DNA of 64,000 nt from Mobula hypostoma (taxonomy: Eukaryota). This document shows, piece after piece, positions 48,603 through 61,573 of the stretch. The position numbers and the translations under genes are program-made. The notes under the pieces were generated by a model that did no database searches, was not told the DNA's origin, and saw only the letters and a program-made list of their open reading frames with translations. Positions within the stretch are counted from its first letter, which is position 1. Every line of letters begins with the position of its first letter. Where the stretch lies: assembly GCF_963921235.1 (NCBI RefSeq), contig NC_086097.1, positions 17,360,001 through 17,424,000 on the forward strand, written 5' to 3'.

Positions 48603-51002
48603 TTTTATACAGTTGTTAGCTTGTGTGTTTATGGGTCACCCTGACTGTAACCGGCATATGACTGAGTTGGTTCTCAACAAGCAAAGTTTGTTACTGTGCT
48701 TTTCCTAATAAAGACATCAGCTGAGTTAAATGAGATTGTCTCGTCTGTTATCAAGGACTGAATGCTCGCCACATTGGTGTCAGGAGTGGGATTAGAAATT
48801 GACGACAAGACGGAAGAGCTACAACATCAGATGGAGTGCCTTAAGAGCTGGGGAGTAAGTCCAGGGATCGGGAGGTATGCCTCCCCTGCACCCTGTGCTG
48901 GGGTCCTGAAGATGGGACGCTGACCTGGAGAGGAACCTGGGAACTGATCATCATGCCTTCCCAGGGAACCCCAGTGAGGTAAGCATACCCAGGCTCCCCA
49001 ACCTGGGATACCTGGTGGAGCGCATCATCCACTCCCTCGCGGCCCACACTGGGGAATCCAAGAGACCACAGTCATGGGAGAATGAGCAAAGCAGCAGGCA
49101 CCATCAACGCCACCAGAGAAGGAGCAGGACCAATGGGCCCCAGCAATTAATGCCACAAAGTCCTCCCTAAAGCTCCCAATACAATGGTGCCGGCTATCTG
49201 GAGCCTTACCTGGCACAAGTCAAACTTGCCACATGGCAAACAGGTGGAGCCCCACTGAGACGGCAGTGAACCTTGCTTTGGTGCTGAAAAGGGATGCCCT
49301 ACAAGTCCTTCTCAACTTAATGCCTGCTGAGCAGTGTGACTACAAGGCTCTCATAGCGGCACCAGCGTGGCGTTTCGGACAGAGGCCATAGGCAGATTTC
49401 CACCACTGTGCTCCGCTTGGCCACCCCTAGCTCCCTCCCTTGGCCAAGGAAGAGTTTGCTCTTCACGCCTTTGTAAAGGCCTTGATCCTGAGCCCCTTCA
49501 GCAGCACGTTCGCCTGACATCACCATCATCACTGGCCGAGGTGCAGGTAGAAGCAGAGACAGCAGAGGCAATCCTGCGTAGCCCCACAAGCCGCAAGCCC
49601 AGGCTTGTCTCATTGAGGCAGTGGAGGAAACTGACGAGGAGGAGCCCGCGAGACAGGGCCAACCAGTGCCGCGTCGTCCCTGCCACATGCCACAGAGCGA
49701 TCTCAGCTACTGGTGTAGCGAGGCAGGCCATGTGGCTCGGAACTGCCCTGCACCAGCTCTGCGCCACACTCCGGCGCAGCCACCGGGAAATTCCGAGTGG
49801 GCAGCAGCACTTGAGACCTCCAGCAGAATCTCTCCATTGTTGCCTCCCCAGAATGGCCACTTGGGTGAAGAGCAAGGCTTATATGTGGACTGCGTGGTGG
49901 AGGGCATCAGATGTCATGCATTGATGGACACAGGGTCAACCATCACCATCATCAGTCTGGGTGTCCTTCCCAACACGGACCAGCCATCCCCACCTGGATG
50001 GTCAGCAACGGTGGTCCAGCTCATTATGGTCACCAGTGACTGTGCGGCCTTGAGAGGGAATAGATGGCTGCACATCACAGTGGGGAGAAACACAGTGAAT
50101 CTTGAGGTGTGGCTAACTGACATCTGGGACTCCTGCATCATTAGCCTGTACCTGCAGTCCCACTGAACGACCAGAGTGGGCAGTGGTCTCCACCCTGGAT
50201 CCGGAGACCGAGGCCCTATACACCCAGTGGTGCATGCTGGAAGTGTGCGATGGGTTGTTCTTCTGGCAGTGGCAGTTTTCCAACAATGACAGAGATCTCC
50301 TGCAGCTGGTAGTCCCCCAGGGGCGCTGCACCATAGTGCTGCAGTCAGTGCATATGCAGGTGGGTGCTGGCCATTTCGGGGTCACAAGGACTCTGGGAAA
50401 GCTGCACAAGCATTCCTATCGGCTTAGGAGCAAGCAGGATGTAGAGCTGTTTGAGTACTGGTGTGACACTTGCACTTCCCAGAAGAGGCCAGGCCACCAG
50501 TTTAGGGCACCAATGCAGCACTACCTGGTGGGGCTACAGATACACAGACACCACCCCACCCCACACCCCGCAAGGGCGTCAACAACCACCAGACTTTTCG
50601 ACTTTATTACGGATTCTGGGGGTGCCGGGGATGGCTGACTTCCGCCCCCCCCCCCCCCCGTAGGGGCAGAGTGGTGCTCCGGGAGTGTGGTCAACGGCTC
50701 ATCCCAGCATTCCTGGCAGCCAGCACTACTTATTGTTCGTGTTTTAAACTGCCTTCATAGAATTATGGTGAGATGTTCATGTTCATTTATTGTTATATTT
50801 TAGCTTGGGTTATACAGTTATTCACTTGTGTGTTTGTGGGTCACCTTGACTGTAACCAGGATGCTTAATAATCACCTTCCCCATCTGTATTTGACAGTGT
50901 TGGTTCTCACTGAGTCATGGCGGTCTGCCTGTTGAAATAAAAACGGCAGTTGAGATAAAAGAGCTCTTCTCATCTGTCAGCATGGAGCAAATGCTTGCCA
51001 CG
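48603..51002 (+). mobile_element. Internally deleted Gypsy element: partial 5' LTR, PBS, gag, PR, IN N-terminus, 3' LTR; no RT/RNase H
   Basis: LTR blocks 48605-48773 and about 50810-51002 align. Knuckle WCSEAGHVARNC, PR ALMDTGSTITI, IN H...GHFG...CDTC. Confidence 0.85.
48775..48793 (+). promoter_or_regulatory. Primer-binding site complementary to tRNA-Leu(CAG) 3' end
   Basis: TGGTGTCAGGAGTGGGATT is the reverse complement of the vertebrate tRNA-Leu-CAG end AATCCCACTCCTGACACCA; it lies 1 nt after the LTR end. Confidence 0.9.
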
Positions 51003-51448
51003 GTATGCCGCATTGTTACAAAATATAACATGATCTTGAACAATCATATCCATGCATAGACAAGCATATCTTTCTGTCACCCAGAGTGAAGGTTTAGTCT
51101 AGGGGAACCACTAAGCCCAGAACTCTCTTGATTTGATTGGCAAAGATGTTGGAGAGGATCTTGCAATATACATTGAATGGGGAGGTGTGTGGACAATTTT
51201 GCTTTTTTTTCCTCTTGCTTTTGGTTGTCTATGAGGATGATGTTTTGTACTTCATGTTTTCTAATGTGCTGCCAAATAGAAGTATGGTGCTGTACAAATC
51301 CAACAAGTTTGTCCAATTGAGCAAAAAAAAAAGGCAAGTGATAAACCATCACCTCCGGGAGTATTTCTTGTCTTAGAAAAACAGATTAACCTTGACAAAT
51401 TGCCATCAACTTGCAACTTTTGACTGAGCTCTCTCAGTCACTCTAGTC

Positions 51449-51527
51449 TAGAAGTTCCCAACCTGGGGTCCACAAACCCCTCGGTTAATGGTAGGCGTCC
51501 ATGGCATAAAAAGGTTGGGAACCCCTG
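51449..51527. mobile_element. 79-bp hAT/Charlie-like MITE
   Basis: TIRs tagaagttcccaacct / aggttgggaacccctg; flanks ctctagtc / actagtc. Confidence 0.75.
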
Positions 51528-51689
51528 ACTAGTCTAAACATTGAAGGATAGCCAATAAATAAACTGCAAACATTATTAATAAAGAACTTATAGCTTAGAG
51601 AGCCAGAGTGGTATTGTAATTTGAAAAGGTAGGTACTTCACCGAGGAGCTTTTACACTAAACATTGTTGTGGCATACAAGAGCAGATTT

Positions 51690-52750
51690 TCTTGATGGGT
51701 GTTTCACTGGTTCACATTCAATGGTGAACGGTGTGCCACAGGGTCGGCACTGGGCTTGCAACTGTTCACGATATACATGAACAATCGGGACAAGGGGACT
51801 GAGTAAGTTTGCTGATGACACCAAAATGAGGGGAAAAGCAAATTGTGAGGAGGACGTGGAGAGTCTGCAGAGAGATATAGATAGGTTCAGTGAGTGGGCA
51901 AGGGTCTGGCAGATGGAGTACAATGTTAGTGAATGCTAGGTCATAAACTTTGGAAGGAAAAATGGAAGAACAGATTATTATTTAAATGGTAAAAGATTGC
52001 AGCATGCTGCTATGCAGAAGGACTTAGGAGTCTTGTGCATGTGAATGAATCGTAAAAAGTTATTTTGCAGGTGCAGCAGGGTATCAAGAAGACAAATGGA
52101 ATGTTGGCCTTCATTGCTAAAGGGATTGAATTTAAGAGCAGAGAGGTTATGCTGCAACTGTACAGGGTACTGGTGAGGCGACACCTAGAGAATTGCATAC
52201 AGTTCTAGTTTCCTTTCTTGAGGAAAGCGAATAACTGGCTTTGGAGACAGTGTAGAGGAGGTTCACCAGGTTGATTCCAGAGATGAGGGGGTTAGACTAT
52301 GAGGAGAGATTGAGTCGCCTGGGACAGCACTTGCTGGAATTTGGAAGGATGAGTGGAGATCTTATAGAAGCATATAAAATTATGAAAGGGATATACAAGA
52401 CAGAGGCAGGGAAGTTGTTTCCACTGGTAGGTGAGACTAGAAGTAGGAAATATAGCTTCAAGAATCGGGGCAGTAAATTTAGGACAGAGATGAGGAGGAA
52501 CTGCTTTTCCCAAAGAGTGGTGAATCCGTGGAATTCTCTGCCCAACAAAGCAGTTTTGCCAGCTCAGTAAATATATTTAAGATAAGGTTGGATAGATTTT
52601 TGCATAGTAAGGAAATTAAGGGTTATGGGGAAAAGGCAGGTGGGTGGAGATGAATCCATGGTCAGATTTAGCCATGATCTTATTGAATGGCGGAGCAGGC
52701 TCAATTGGCCAGATGGCCTACTCCTGCTCCTATTTCTTATTTTCTTATGT
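51690..52750 (+). mobile_element. CR1 LINE RT and 3' end
   Basis: aagtttgctgatgac (KFADD), YEERLSRLG, RNCFSQRVVNPWNSLP; tail tcttattttcttatgttc. Confidence 0.92.
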
Positions 52751-53651
52751 TCATTTAGTACAGTCTTTATAGTGGTGTATAATCAATATGTCAAATGCCA
52801 GACATGTCATGTCTTCCAATTAAAGCTTTTTCTATGTGAGGTGGTCTCTGTCATTTCTATTTTCCTCATGGGAAAATGGGTATTTGCTGTATATTCTTCC
52901 CCAAGACCACAACACTGAGGTGAAAATATTGTCCTTTGCTGTCCTGCAGTCGACTGCAATGAGGTTCTGTGTGCGGTGTCAATGTGCCATTATGCGTTGT
53001 ACTGTTTAAAGTTAAAGGGAAAACTCACTGAAGTTTGTCTTGCAGGAAAGCTTTTTCAGTAACTATCTTTGAGAGTATCTACACCATCCCCATAAGTAAA
53101 TGGCTTTCATTGAAAACATTAAACTAAACAATCTTATTTTCATCCATCATCCCAACTTTAAGGAGAAACAATTACAATGAAAGAAAATGATAAAACGTTG
53201 AAAAACTGTTGAGAGAGAGAAAACTATGGTAAAGTTTATGAACCTTGTAATCCACACCATGCTCCATAATTATTAAGACCTTTCAGAATTTTCCAGATCA
53301 GAGAAGAATTTCAAAAAGCACTTTTATTTGGAAACTTAATGCAAAATAGAAGATTGGAATGTGGGACAGTTTAATAAGGAGAACATTTAACTCAGTGGGC
53401 GTAATTTACTCACACTTCACTGATTGTGTTATCTAATGATTAAGGATCCTTTTTCTCATGCCTTTGTAAATCCGTAGGGATAAGCAGATTTATTTAAAGC
53501 ATGTACTTAGAGTTAATTGGTTTGCAAATAATGCACCACTGAATAGCTAATTGGAAATAAAATGGCAATAATAATTGTGCATCAGTGTATCCAGACATCC
53601 TGCTTGTGTAACCTGCCCCTTCGCAGACTTGCAAACAATAAAATCCATCGT

Positions 53652-54033
53652 TTCTTCATTATGTTCCATGTTGTATGACATAGACGATCATGGTCTTTCC
53701 ATGATCATGATTGTTCTTGGCAATGTTTTCTACAGAAGTGATTTGCCTTTGCCTTCTTCTGGGCAGTGCCTTTACAAGATGGGTAATGCCAGCCATTATC
53801 AATACTCTTCAGAGATTGTCTGCCTGGCATCAGTGGTCACATAACCAGGAACTGAGATGTGTACCAGCTGCTCATACGACCATCCACCACCTGCTCCCAT
53901 CACGTGACTGTGATTGGGGGTCGGGGAGGGTTAAGCAGTTCCTACACTTTGCCCAAGGGTACCTATAGGCTAGCCGAGGGAGGAAGTGCCTTACACCTCA
54001 TTTGGTAGAGATATATTCTCCACCCTGCCACCC
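53652..54033 (-). mobile_element. Short non-coding retroposon (Vingi/RTE-like derivative, tentative), copy 1
   Basis: Reverse complement colinear with 57169-57450; both start gggtggcagggtggaga. Confidence 0.6.
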
Positions 54034-55043
54034 AAATCCAGCACTGGATCAATAGAGTGCATGATTAGAGCACAGATACATGGAATAATACATAGGAAAG
54101 GGTCCAGCTGGCAACTTGATGAGATGTAAACAAATAACTACGTAGCAAGAGCAATATACCATGATAACCAGTTATTGCTCATTCATCTATGGAATTGTCA
54201 GTGAATGATTTTGTTATTTTATATGAGTAAGAATGCTGAGCACCCTACATCATAAAAAAGGCAACAAATGTCCAACTTGACAAAATTACTTCACACAAAT
54301 TGCCATCACTGCGAACAAATTGTGTACATTCCCAAAGATCAGCATCAGAATCGAAATTAAGTGTATTATCACTGACATACAGCATGTCATGAAATTTGCT
54401 GCTTTGCAGCAGCAGTACAATGCATTACGTAAAAAATACTGGACATTATAATAAGAATATTAAAAAAATCACTAGTGAAAAAAGAGGAAAATAGTGAGGT
54501 CATGTTCCAGTGTTTGTGGGTTCAAGGAACTTTCAGAAGTATGATGGTAGAGGGAAAGGAGTTGTTCTTAAATTGCTGAATGTGCATCATTAGACTCCTG
54601 TACCTCTTCCCTGATGGTAGCAATGAGAAGGGGGCATATTCTGGATGGTGAGGGTCCTTCGTTTTGATTGTTGCCATATGAGGCATTGCCTTTTGAAGAT
54701 ATCCTCAATGGGGAAGTTAGTGCTGGCTGAGTTGGCTGAGTATATGCAGCTTTTTTCCAATCCCGTACAATAGGACCTCCATACCAGGCAGTGATGGAAC
54801 CAGTTAAAATGCTCTTTGCTGTACATCTGTCGACATTTGCTGGAGTTCTTCATGGTGTATCAAATCTCCTCAAACTCCGAATGAAGTCTAGCTGCTGGCA
54901 TGCCTTCTTCATACTTGCATTAATGTGCTGGGCCCAGGACAGGTCCTTTGAGCTGTTGATCCCTAGGAACTTGAAAATGCTCACCCTTTCCACTGCTGAT
55001 CCCTCAATGAGGACTGATGTGTGTTCCTTTGACTTGCCCTTCC

Positions 55044-55430
55044 TTAGATTAGATTATTAGATTAGATTATGAGGACACGCAGTCCTCTTTTATTGTCATT
55101 TAGTAAGGTATGCATTAAGAAATGATACAATGTTCCTCCAGTATGATATCACAGAAACACAAGACAAACCAAGACTAAAAATCTGACAAAAACTACATAA
55201 TTATAACATAACAAGTCCTGACGAAGGGTCTCGGCCTGAAACGTTGACTGTACCTCTTCCTAGAGATGCTGCCTGGCCTGCTGTGTTCACCAGCAACTTT
55301 GATGTGTGTTGCTTGAATTTCCAGCATCTGTAGAATTCCTCGTGTTTGCGTAATTAACAGTGCAAAGCAATACCATAATTTGATAAAGAACAGACCATGG
55401 ACATGGTCAAAAAAATGTCTCAAAGTCTCC
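55044..55430 (-). mobile_element. ORF-less non-autonomous retroposon, copy 3 (5'-truncated), with a Penelope tail inside (55214-55351)
   Basis: (ttaga)n-gattatgaggacacgcagtcctcttttattgtcatttag is the reverse complement of the 1890-1938 tail. Confidence 0.85.
55214..55249 (+). ncRNA. Minimal type I hammerhead ribozyme motif (Penelope tail)
   Basis: agtc CTGACGA agggtctcggcct GAAA cg TT gact: intact core, stem I agtc/gact, GUU cleavage triplet. Confidence 0.75.
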
Positions 55431-56339
55431 TAAAGCCCATAATCAATTTTGTTGTCTTACAGATGTTGAGTGCAAGGTTATTACTCAACTGGCTGATCTA
55501 TCTCGTTCCTGTAGGCCTCCTCGTCACCCTTTGAAATGCGGTCAACAACAGTTGTGTCATCACTGAATTCGTAGCTGGTTTTTGAATTATGCCTAACTAC
55601 ACAGTCACGAGTGTACTGAAGGTAGAGCAGTGGGCTAAGCATACATCCTTGAGATGCGCCTGTGTTGAATGACATTGAGGAGAAGATGTCATTAACAGTC
55701 TGAACTGACTGATGTCTCCCAATGAGGAAGTCAAGGATCCAGTTGCAAAGGGAGATACAGACGTCCGGATGTACAGAAAGACACATTAGAAAAGGCAGGT
55801 AGGTTTACCAGCAATCAAGAACAGTTTTCAATGATCAACCTTCTGGATAGTCAGAAATTACTGCCCTTTACTATACTGAAATCATCTACAAATAAGCTTT
55901 GTAATATTTCACGCTGCTACTCTTGACAGCCATGAAACCTTTTGCAAAGCAACTTCTGAGGTTTACAGAGAGCAAATGCAGCAGCTGAGGAAAGATTATA
56001 GCAGCCTATACAATAATTAAAAGAATGGTAAAAAAAAAAGAGCCAGATGTTTCATATTGTATTTCTCTATTGTTTTGGATTGCCAATCTACCACATGGAA
56101 GGAAGCCAATCAGCCCATTTTACCCTCCAAGCAATCTCACCTCACCACTTATTTCCTGTAACCTATTCTTTCATATACACCCATCAATATCCTCTTGACG
56201 CTTCTCGATTCACCAATCCTACCCTGAGGAAAATGTACAAGAAACAATTAATCTACCAACCAATACACCTCTGAGATAATAGAAGAAATTGCATAAACAT
56301 TGTTCCCTTGTGACCTGCATGGTCACAAGGGAACAGTAA

Positions 56340-56461
56340 GCACAAGAGATCTAGAAATCTAGAGCAAAACACGCTCAACTCTGGAAGAACTGAGAAGGTC
56401 AGGCAGCATTTATAGAGAGGAATAGGATATCGGCATTTCAGACTGAGACCCTTCATCAGGA
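56340..56461 (-). mobile_element. Penelope tail with degenerate hammerhead
   Basis: Minus strand tcCTGATGAagggtctcagtctGAAAtgcc. Confidence 0.75.
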
Positions 56462-57168
56462 AAAAATATAATGTTCACACAGACAGCACTGGATCAAGAT
56501 CACTGTTGCTGTAGCAACAAGGGTAAGGTTCAGCCACTGTACTTTATGTAATGGCATGTTAATAGCACATTCCACTAATATCACACTTCAGCTAGATTAA
56601 GATAAGTCATGAACTGCGAATTTCTAGAACTTTCTGGTCAATTTACATCATTCCAATGCCTTCTTTATATAGGCAATATCTCCACCTGCCCATTATTTTT
56701 AATAACCTTCTGTATTTTCACATTAATATCTGACTAAACCAGCTGTAATATGTTGTGGCTGGAACTCAACAGCACAAATACCTTTCTAATGATGTAATAA
56801 TTGTTATTGGATTGCCAATCAACCTCTCTAGACCAGAAAGGGAACAGCTTCCAATCTCACTACTACATCTGGTCATTTGCCATTAGAAATGTTTAAAGCC
56901 TTACATTTCCTTTCCTATTTCCCCAAGGTAGTCTTTCTTCCCTCCTCCTTGTAGTTGGCATGGAAGTTGGAAGGAATTAGTAAAGGGCATTCAGAGGTTC
57001 AGAACATGCTGCAGTTTAAAAAAAAATAATTGAAGGATATCTTAATAACCGTTATCCAGAGATACCTTGCCCACAGCCAACCTGGCTGACAGCTATTATT
57101 AAGCAGTGTGCATTGCACCACAAGGCTCCAGCTAAGTGGATCTGAAAGTATAGGTATGGTAGGAATTC

Positions 57169-57450
57169 GGGTGGCAGGGTGGAGATGTGTCCCTACCGAA
57201 GAAGGTGAAAGGTGCTCCTTCCTTTTGCTAGCCTGCAGGACACCCTTGGGCAAGCTGTAGAATCTGCACCTGCTTAGCCCCTCAATCAGGGTCACATGAA
57301 GCCATGGGAGTAGGCGGTGGCTGGTCGCCTGAACAGCTGCTGCACAGCACAAGTCTTGGTTATGTGACCACTGACACCAGGCAGACAATCTTTGAAGAGT
57401 GTCACCTGTCTTGTAAAGGCACTGCCCAGAAGAAGGCAATAGCAAGCCAC
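57169..57450 (+). mobile_element. Short non-coding retroposon, copy 2 of the 53652-54033 family
   Basis: Colinear with the reverse complement of 53740-54033. Confidence 0.6.
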
Positions 57451-58314
57451 TTAACAAATGCACAAAGAGTCATACAAAGGCTGTGGTAGTCAGAGGGGGA
57501 GATTCAGCAATCAGAGGTTCAACAATCAGGCAAAGTATGTGGTGGTTCAAGAGAGCAGCTGTAGATCGAGTAGAGTAAATGTGTGGTCATTGACAGAAGA
57601 CAGCAGAGAAACATATGGTGAGGGTTAAGGGCATCTGAAGCTAACTGCGGAAGAAGATAATGATGGAGCAGAGTTGATTGTAGTTGTGGGGAGAAGATGG
57701 TGGTTTGCCACTGTCATTTAATGGTATAGAGCTTGCAAAGACAATGCCTGCAGTTTCACATGCAAGTTCCCAGCAAGCTCAGGAATTCTGCACATACAGG
57801 CATGCCGTGGAAGTGCTGAACTTCCTGTCGGCTATTCACCAGGGAATTCCCAACTGAGCTCAGATATCAGTGTCCTTGTAGAGTCAGCGGTACAGTGAAG
57901 TTACAGCAGTCATACACTAATTACACCACAGAATTTGTTTGAATGTACTTTACCTGCTTAGACTCAGTATAATGACATTATCTCAATTCCCTAGAATGGA
58001 GGGGAGTGGATGCTGATCTTTAGGGTATATTTTACTTTATTCACTTGTTTTCAGTTTATTTATTGTAATAGTTTTAGTTGTTTTAGGTGTTTAAGGTGTT
58101 AAAGAATCCCAGTGTTTATTTAGAATATTATTGAATTCAGAAAAAAAAACTGTATTTCAAGAATTTACTAATTAGCTAAGCAAAAAGAACATGGCTTCAT
58201 TGGATGGCAAGGACTTTTTCAGCATTTTCACTGCTGGAATGTTCTGGTCTGCATCACCACACATGGCAGGATTGGTCATCGTAAATTGTCCCTTGGTTCG
58301 GACACTTCACCTGT

Positions 58315-59545
58315 AACTATGAAAATGGACAAGGGAGAGCCAGTGGCTGTAGTATACCTGGACTTTCAGAAAGCCTTTGATAAAGTCCCACATAGGAGAT
58401 TAGTGGGCAAAATTAGGGTACATGGTATTGGGGGCAGAGTATTGACATGGATTGAAAATTGGCTGGGTGACAGAAAATAAAGAGTAGCGATTAACAGGTC
58501 CCTTTCGGAATGGCAGGCGGTGAACAGTGGGGTACCGCAGGGTTCAGTGCTGGGACTGCAGCTGTTTACAATATATATTAATGATTTAGATGAGGGAATT
58601 AAAAGTAACAGTAGCAAACTTGCCGATGACACAAAGCTAGGAGGCAGTGTGAAATGTGAGGAGGATGTTATGAGAATGCAGGGTGACTTGGACAGGCTGG
58701 GTGAGTGGGCAGATGCATGGCAGATGCAGTTTAATGTGGATAAATGTGAGGTTATCCACTTTGGTGGTAAGAACGGGAAGGCAGATTATTATCTAAATGA
58801 AGTCAAGTTAGGAAAAGGGTAAGCACAACGAGATCTAGGTGTTCTTGTACATCAGTCACTGAAAGCAAGTATGCAAGTACAGCAGGCAGTGAAAAAAGCT
58901 AATGGCATGCTGGCCTTCATAACAAGGGGAATTGAGTATAAGAGCAAAGAGGTCCTTCTGCAGCTGTGCAGGGCCCTGGTGAGACCACACCTGGAGTACT
59001 GTGTGCAGTTTTGGTCTTCAAATTTGAGGAAGGACATTCTTGCTATTGAGGGGGTGCAGCGTAGGTTCAGAAGGTTAATTCCCGGGATGGCGGGACTGTC
59101 ATATGTTGAAAGATTGGAGCGACTGGGCTTGTATACTCTGGAATTTAGATGGCTGAGGCGGGATCTTATTGAAACATATAAGATTATTAAGGGATTGGAC
59201 ACGCTGCAGGCAGGAAGCATGTTCCCGCTGATGGGTGAGTCCAGAACCAGAGGCCACAGTTTAAGAATTAGGGGTAGGCCATTTAGAACGGAGGTGAGGA
59301 AAAACTTTTTCACCCAGAGAGTAGTGGATATATGGAATGCTCTGCCCCAGAAGGCTGTGGAGGCCAAGTCTCTGGATGCTTTCAAAAAAAGAGATGGATA
59401 GAGCTCTTAAAGATAGTGGAATCAAAGGTTATGGGGATAAGGCAGGAACTGGATACTGACAGTGGATGATCAGCCATGATCACAGTGAATGATGGTGCTG
59501 GCTCAAAGGGCCGAATGGCCTACTCCTGCACCTATTGTCTATTGT
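58315..59545 (+). mobile_element. CR1 LINE, 5'-truncated, relatively well preserved
   Basis: YLDFQKAFDKVPH, GVPQGSVLG, LADD, ORF 58871..59401; tail ctattgtctattgt. Confidence 0.95.
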
Positions 59546-60283
59546 GAGTCGGTTGGGGTGATATACTGCGTCCGGTGCTCCCGATGTGGCCTTCCATATA
59601 TTGGCGAGACCCGACGCAGACTGGGAGATCGTTTTGCTGAACACCTACGCTCTGTCCGCCAGAGAAAGCAGGATCTCCCAGTGGCCACACATTTTAATTC
59701 CACATCCCATTCCCATTCTGATATGTCTATCCACGGCCTCCTCTACCCTATAGATGAAGCCACACTCAGGTTGGAGGAACAACACCTTATATTCCGTCTA
59801 GGTAGCCTCCAACCTGATAGCATGAACACTGACTTATCTAACTTCCGCTAATGCCCTACCTCCCCCTTGTACCCCATCCATTATTTATATACACACATTC
59901 TTTCTCTCACTCTCCTTTTTCTCCCTCTGTCCCTCTGACTATACACCTTGCCGATCCTCTGGGTTTTTCCCCCCCTTCCCCTTTTCCTTCTCCCTGGGCC
60001 TCCTGTGCCATGATCCTCTCATATCCCTTTTGCCAATCACCTGTCCAGCTCTTGGCTCCATCCCTCCCCCCCCCCCGTCTTCTCCTATCATTTTGGATCT
60101 CCCCCTCCCCCACCCACTTTCAAATCTCTTACTCACTCTTCCTTCAGTTAGTCCTGACGAAGGGTCTCGGCCTGAAACGTCGACTGTACCTCTTCCTAGA
60201 GATGCTGCCTGGCCTGCTGTGTTCACCAGCAACTTTGATGTGTGTTGCTTGAATTTCCAGCATCTGCAGAATTCCTCGTGTTT
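59546..60283 (+). mobile_element. Penelope-like element (Neptune-type) GIY-YIG endonuclease C-terminus plus 3' tail
   Basis: VIYCVRCSRCGLPYIGETRRRLGDRFAEH...VATHFN...EQHLIFRLGSLQPDSMN. Confidence 0.93.
60150..60185 (+). ncRNA. Minimal type I hammerhead ribozyme motif (best copy)
   Basis: agtc CTGACGA agggtctcggcct GAAA cg TC gact; predicted cleavage after C60181 (GUC); palindromic ACGU in place of stem III. Confidence 0.8.
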
Positions 60284-61573
60284 AGGTTAGGGTTAATCCA
60301 GTTTGTCGGCCGTTTCTAGGATGTTGTAGCTCGAAGGACTGGAAAGGCCTACTCCATGCTGTATCACTAACTAAAGTAGAAGACCCTGATAGAACTAAGA
60401 GCTTCAGGTGAACGACGGAGCTGATTTTGGCAAAGACATTGCCTGAGGGGAGATTGTTTTTATCAGTCACCGACAAGTATGAGCAACTTGTAAATTTTGG
60501 TAATTGGGCAGAAATAGGAAAATAACTTAGGATGGCAAATATACTGTCCATGCTTTTGACTTGAGCTGATGGTAGTGACCACCACCATATTCAAGTGTTC
60601 CTCCAAGATATTTTGTATATTGACTTTGAAACATCTTGCCATTCTTTCATTGTTATTTGGTCAACATATGGAGCTCTTTACCTTAATAATGTGGGAGCAA
60701 CTTCACCCCATGGACTACTGCGGTTCAAGTACTGTCATCTCCTCAGGAGCAGTTGTGGGTGGCTGGTAAATGCTGCCTTGCTGGGTTGCTGCATTTTGCA
60801 TTTGTACAGAAAATAAGAACAAAACCAAGAATAATTAGATAGGACTTGTAATCCTAAATGGGAGTAGTCTTTGTTCAGTGTTAATGACATCCAGTCAATT
60901 GTTCAGCTCCAAAAACTGACTGCTGTAACTCTGACTGTTATTCCCTCACTATGTGAAGCTTTTAGATTAATTTAAGGTGGTCAAATTTTAAACATTTTAA
61001 AAATGTTTTTCTTTCTTTCATCTGTCTAATTCTAACCTTTCTATGTTTTTCTCTGTGTGCCTGAATTCACATCTTTAACTCAACCTCATTCTTATAATTT
61101 TTACAATTATTTTCCAATCCATAAATCTCATAATTTAAGGAGAATCATGAACCTTGCAGTTTATGTCACTGTACCATTGACACCCTATACTCTCCATAAC
61201 TTACCAGGCAAGTTTTTAAGCTTAAGATGCAGGGATAATTCTGACTTTCAGCAGAAGGCATTAATTGCTTTTCTACTGCAGACACTGTCCCTATTCTCCA
61301 TATGTTCCACAGAAAAATTGAATATAATGAATATATTGTTCAAAATTATTATTTTACATATTAATGTCAAGAGAGAAACGTTTGATCCTGAGCCAAGTAT
61401 CTTGAATAAAAACATGCCTATACAGTTTCACATTCTCCGCTTCCTTTCACAGAATGGTTTTGCTCAAAGTGGGCTTTGGGTGAGCACTGCAGTGATGTCT
61501 CCCAAACCAACTATGTCTAATTTAAAAAAATGTCAATCCAACCAACCAATTCTGTATACCTCTGAAATACACA

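Larger units (their letters stand above)
54340..55775 (-). mobile_element. Rex1/Babar-type LINE hosting nested insertions (55044-55430)
   Basis: LCNWILDFLIGRHQSV...GASQGCMLSPLLY...FSDDTTVV. Confidence 0.88.

Noticed and set aside
49860..50520. Protease followed directly by integrase, suggesting Gmr1-like PR-IN-RT order
   Set aside because: No RT follows, the protease is cut short, and the resumed sequence looks like the usual RNase H-integrase linker, so deletion is the simpler explanation.
60281..60296. ttaggttagggtta as a telomeric seed next to a Penelope end
   Set aside because: Only one true TTAGGG unit, and it reads as part of the interrupted SINE-like tail.
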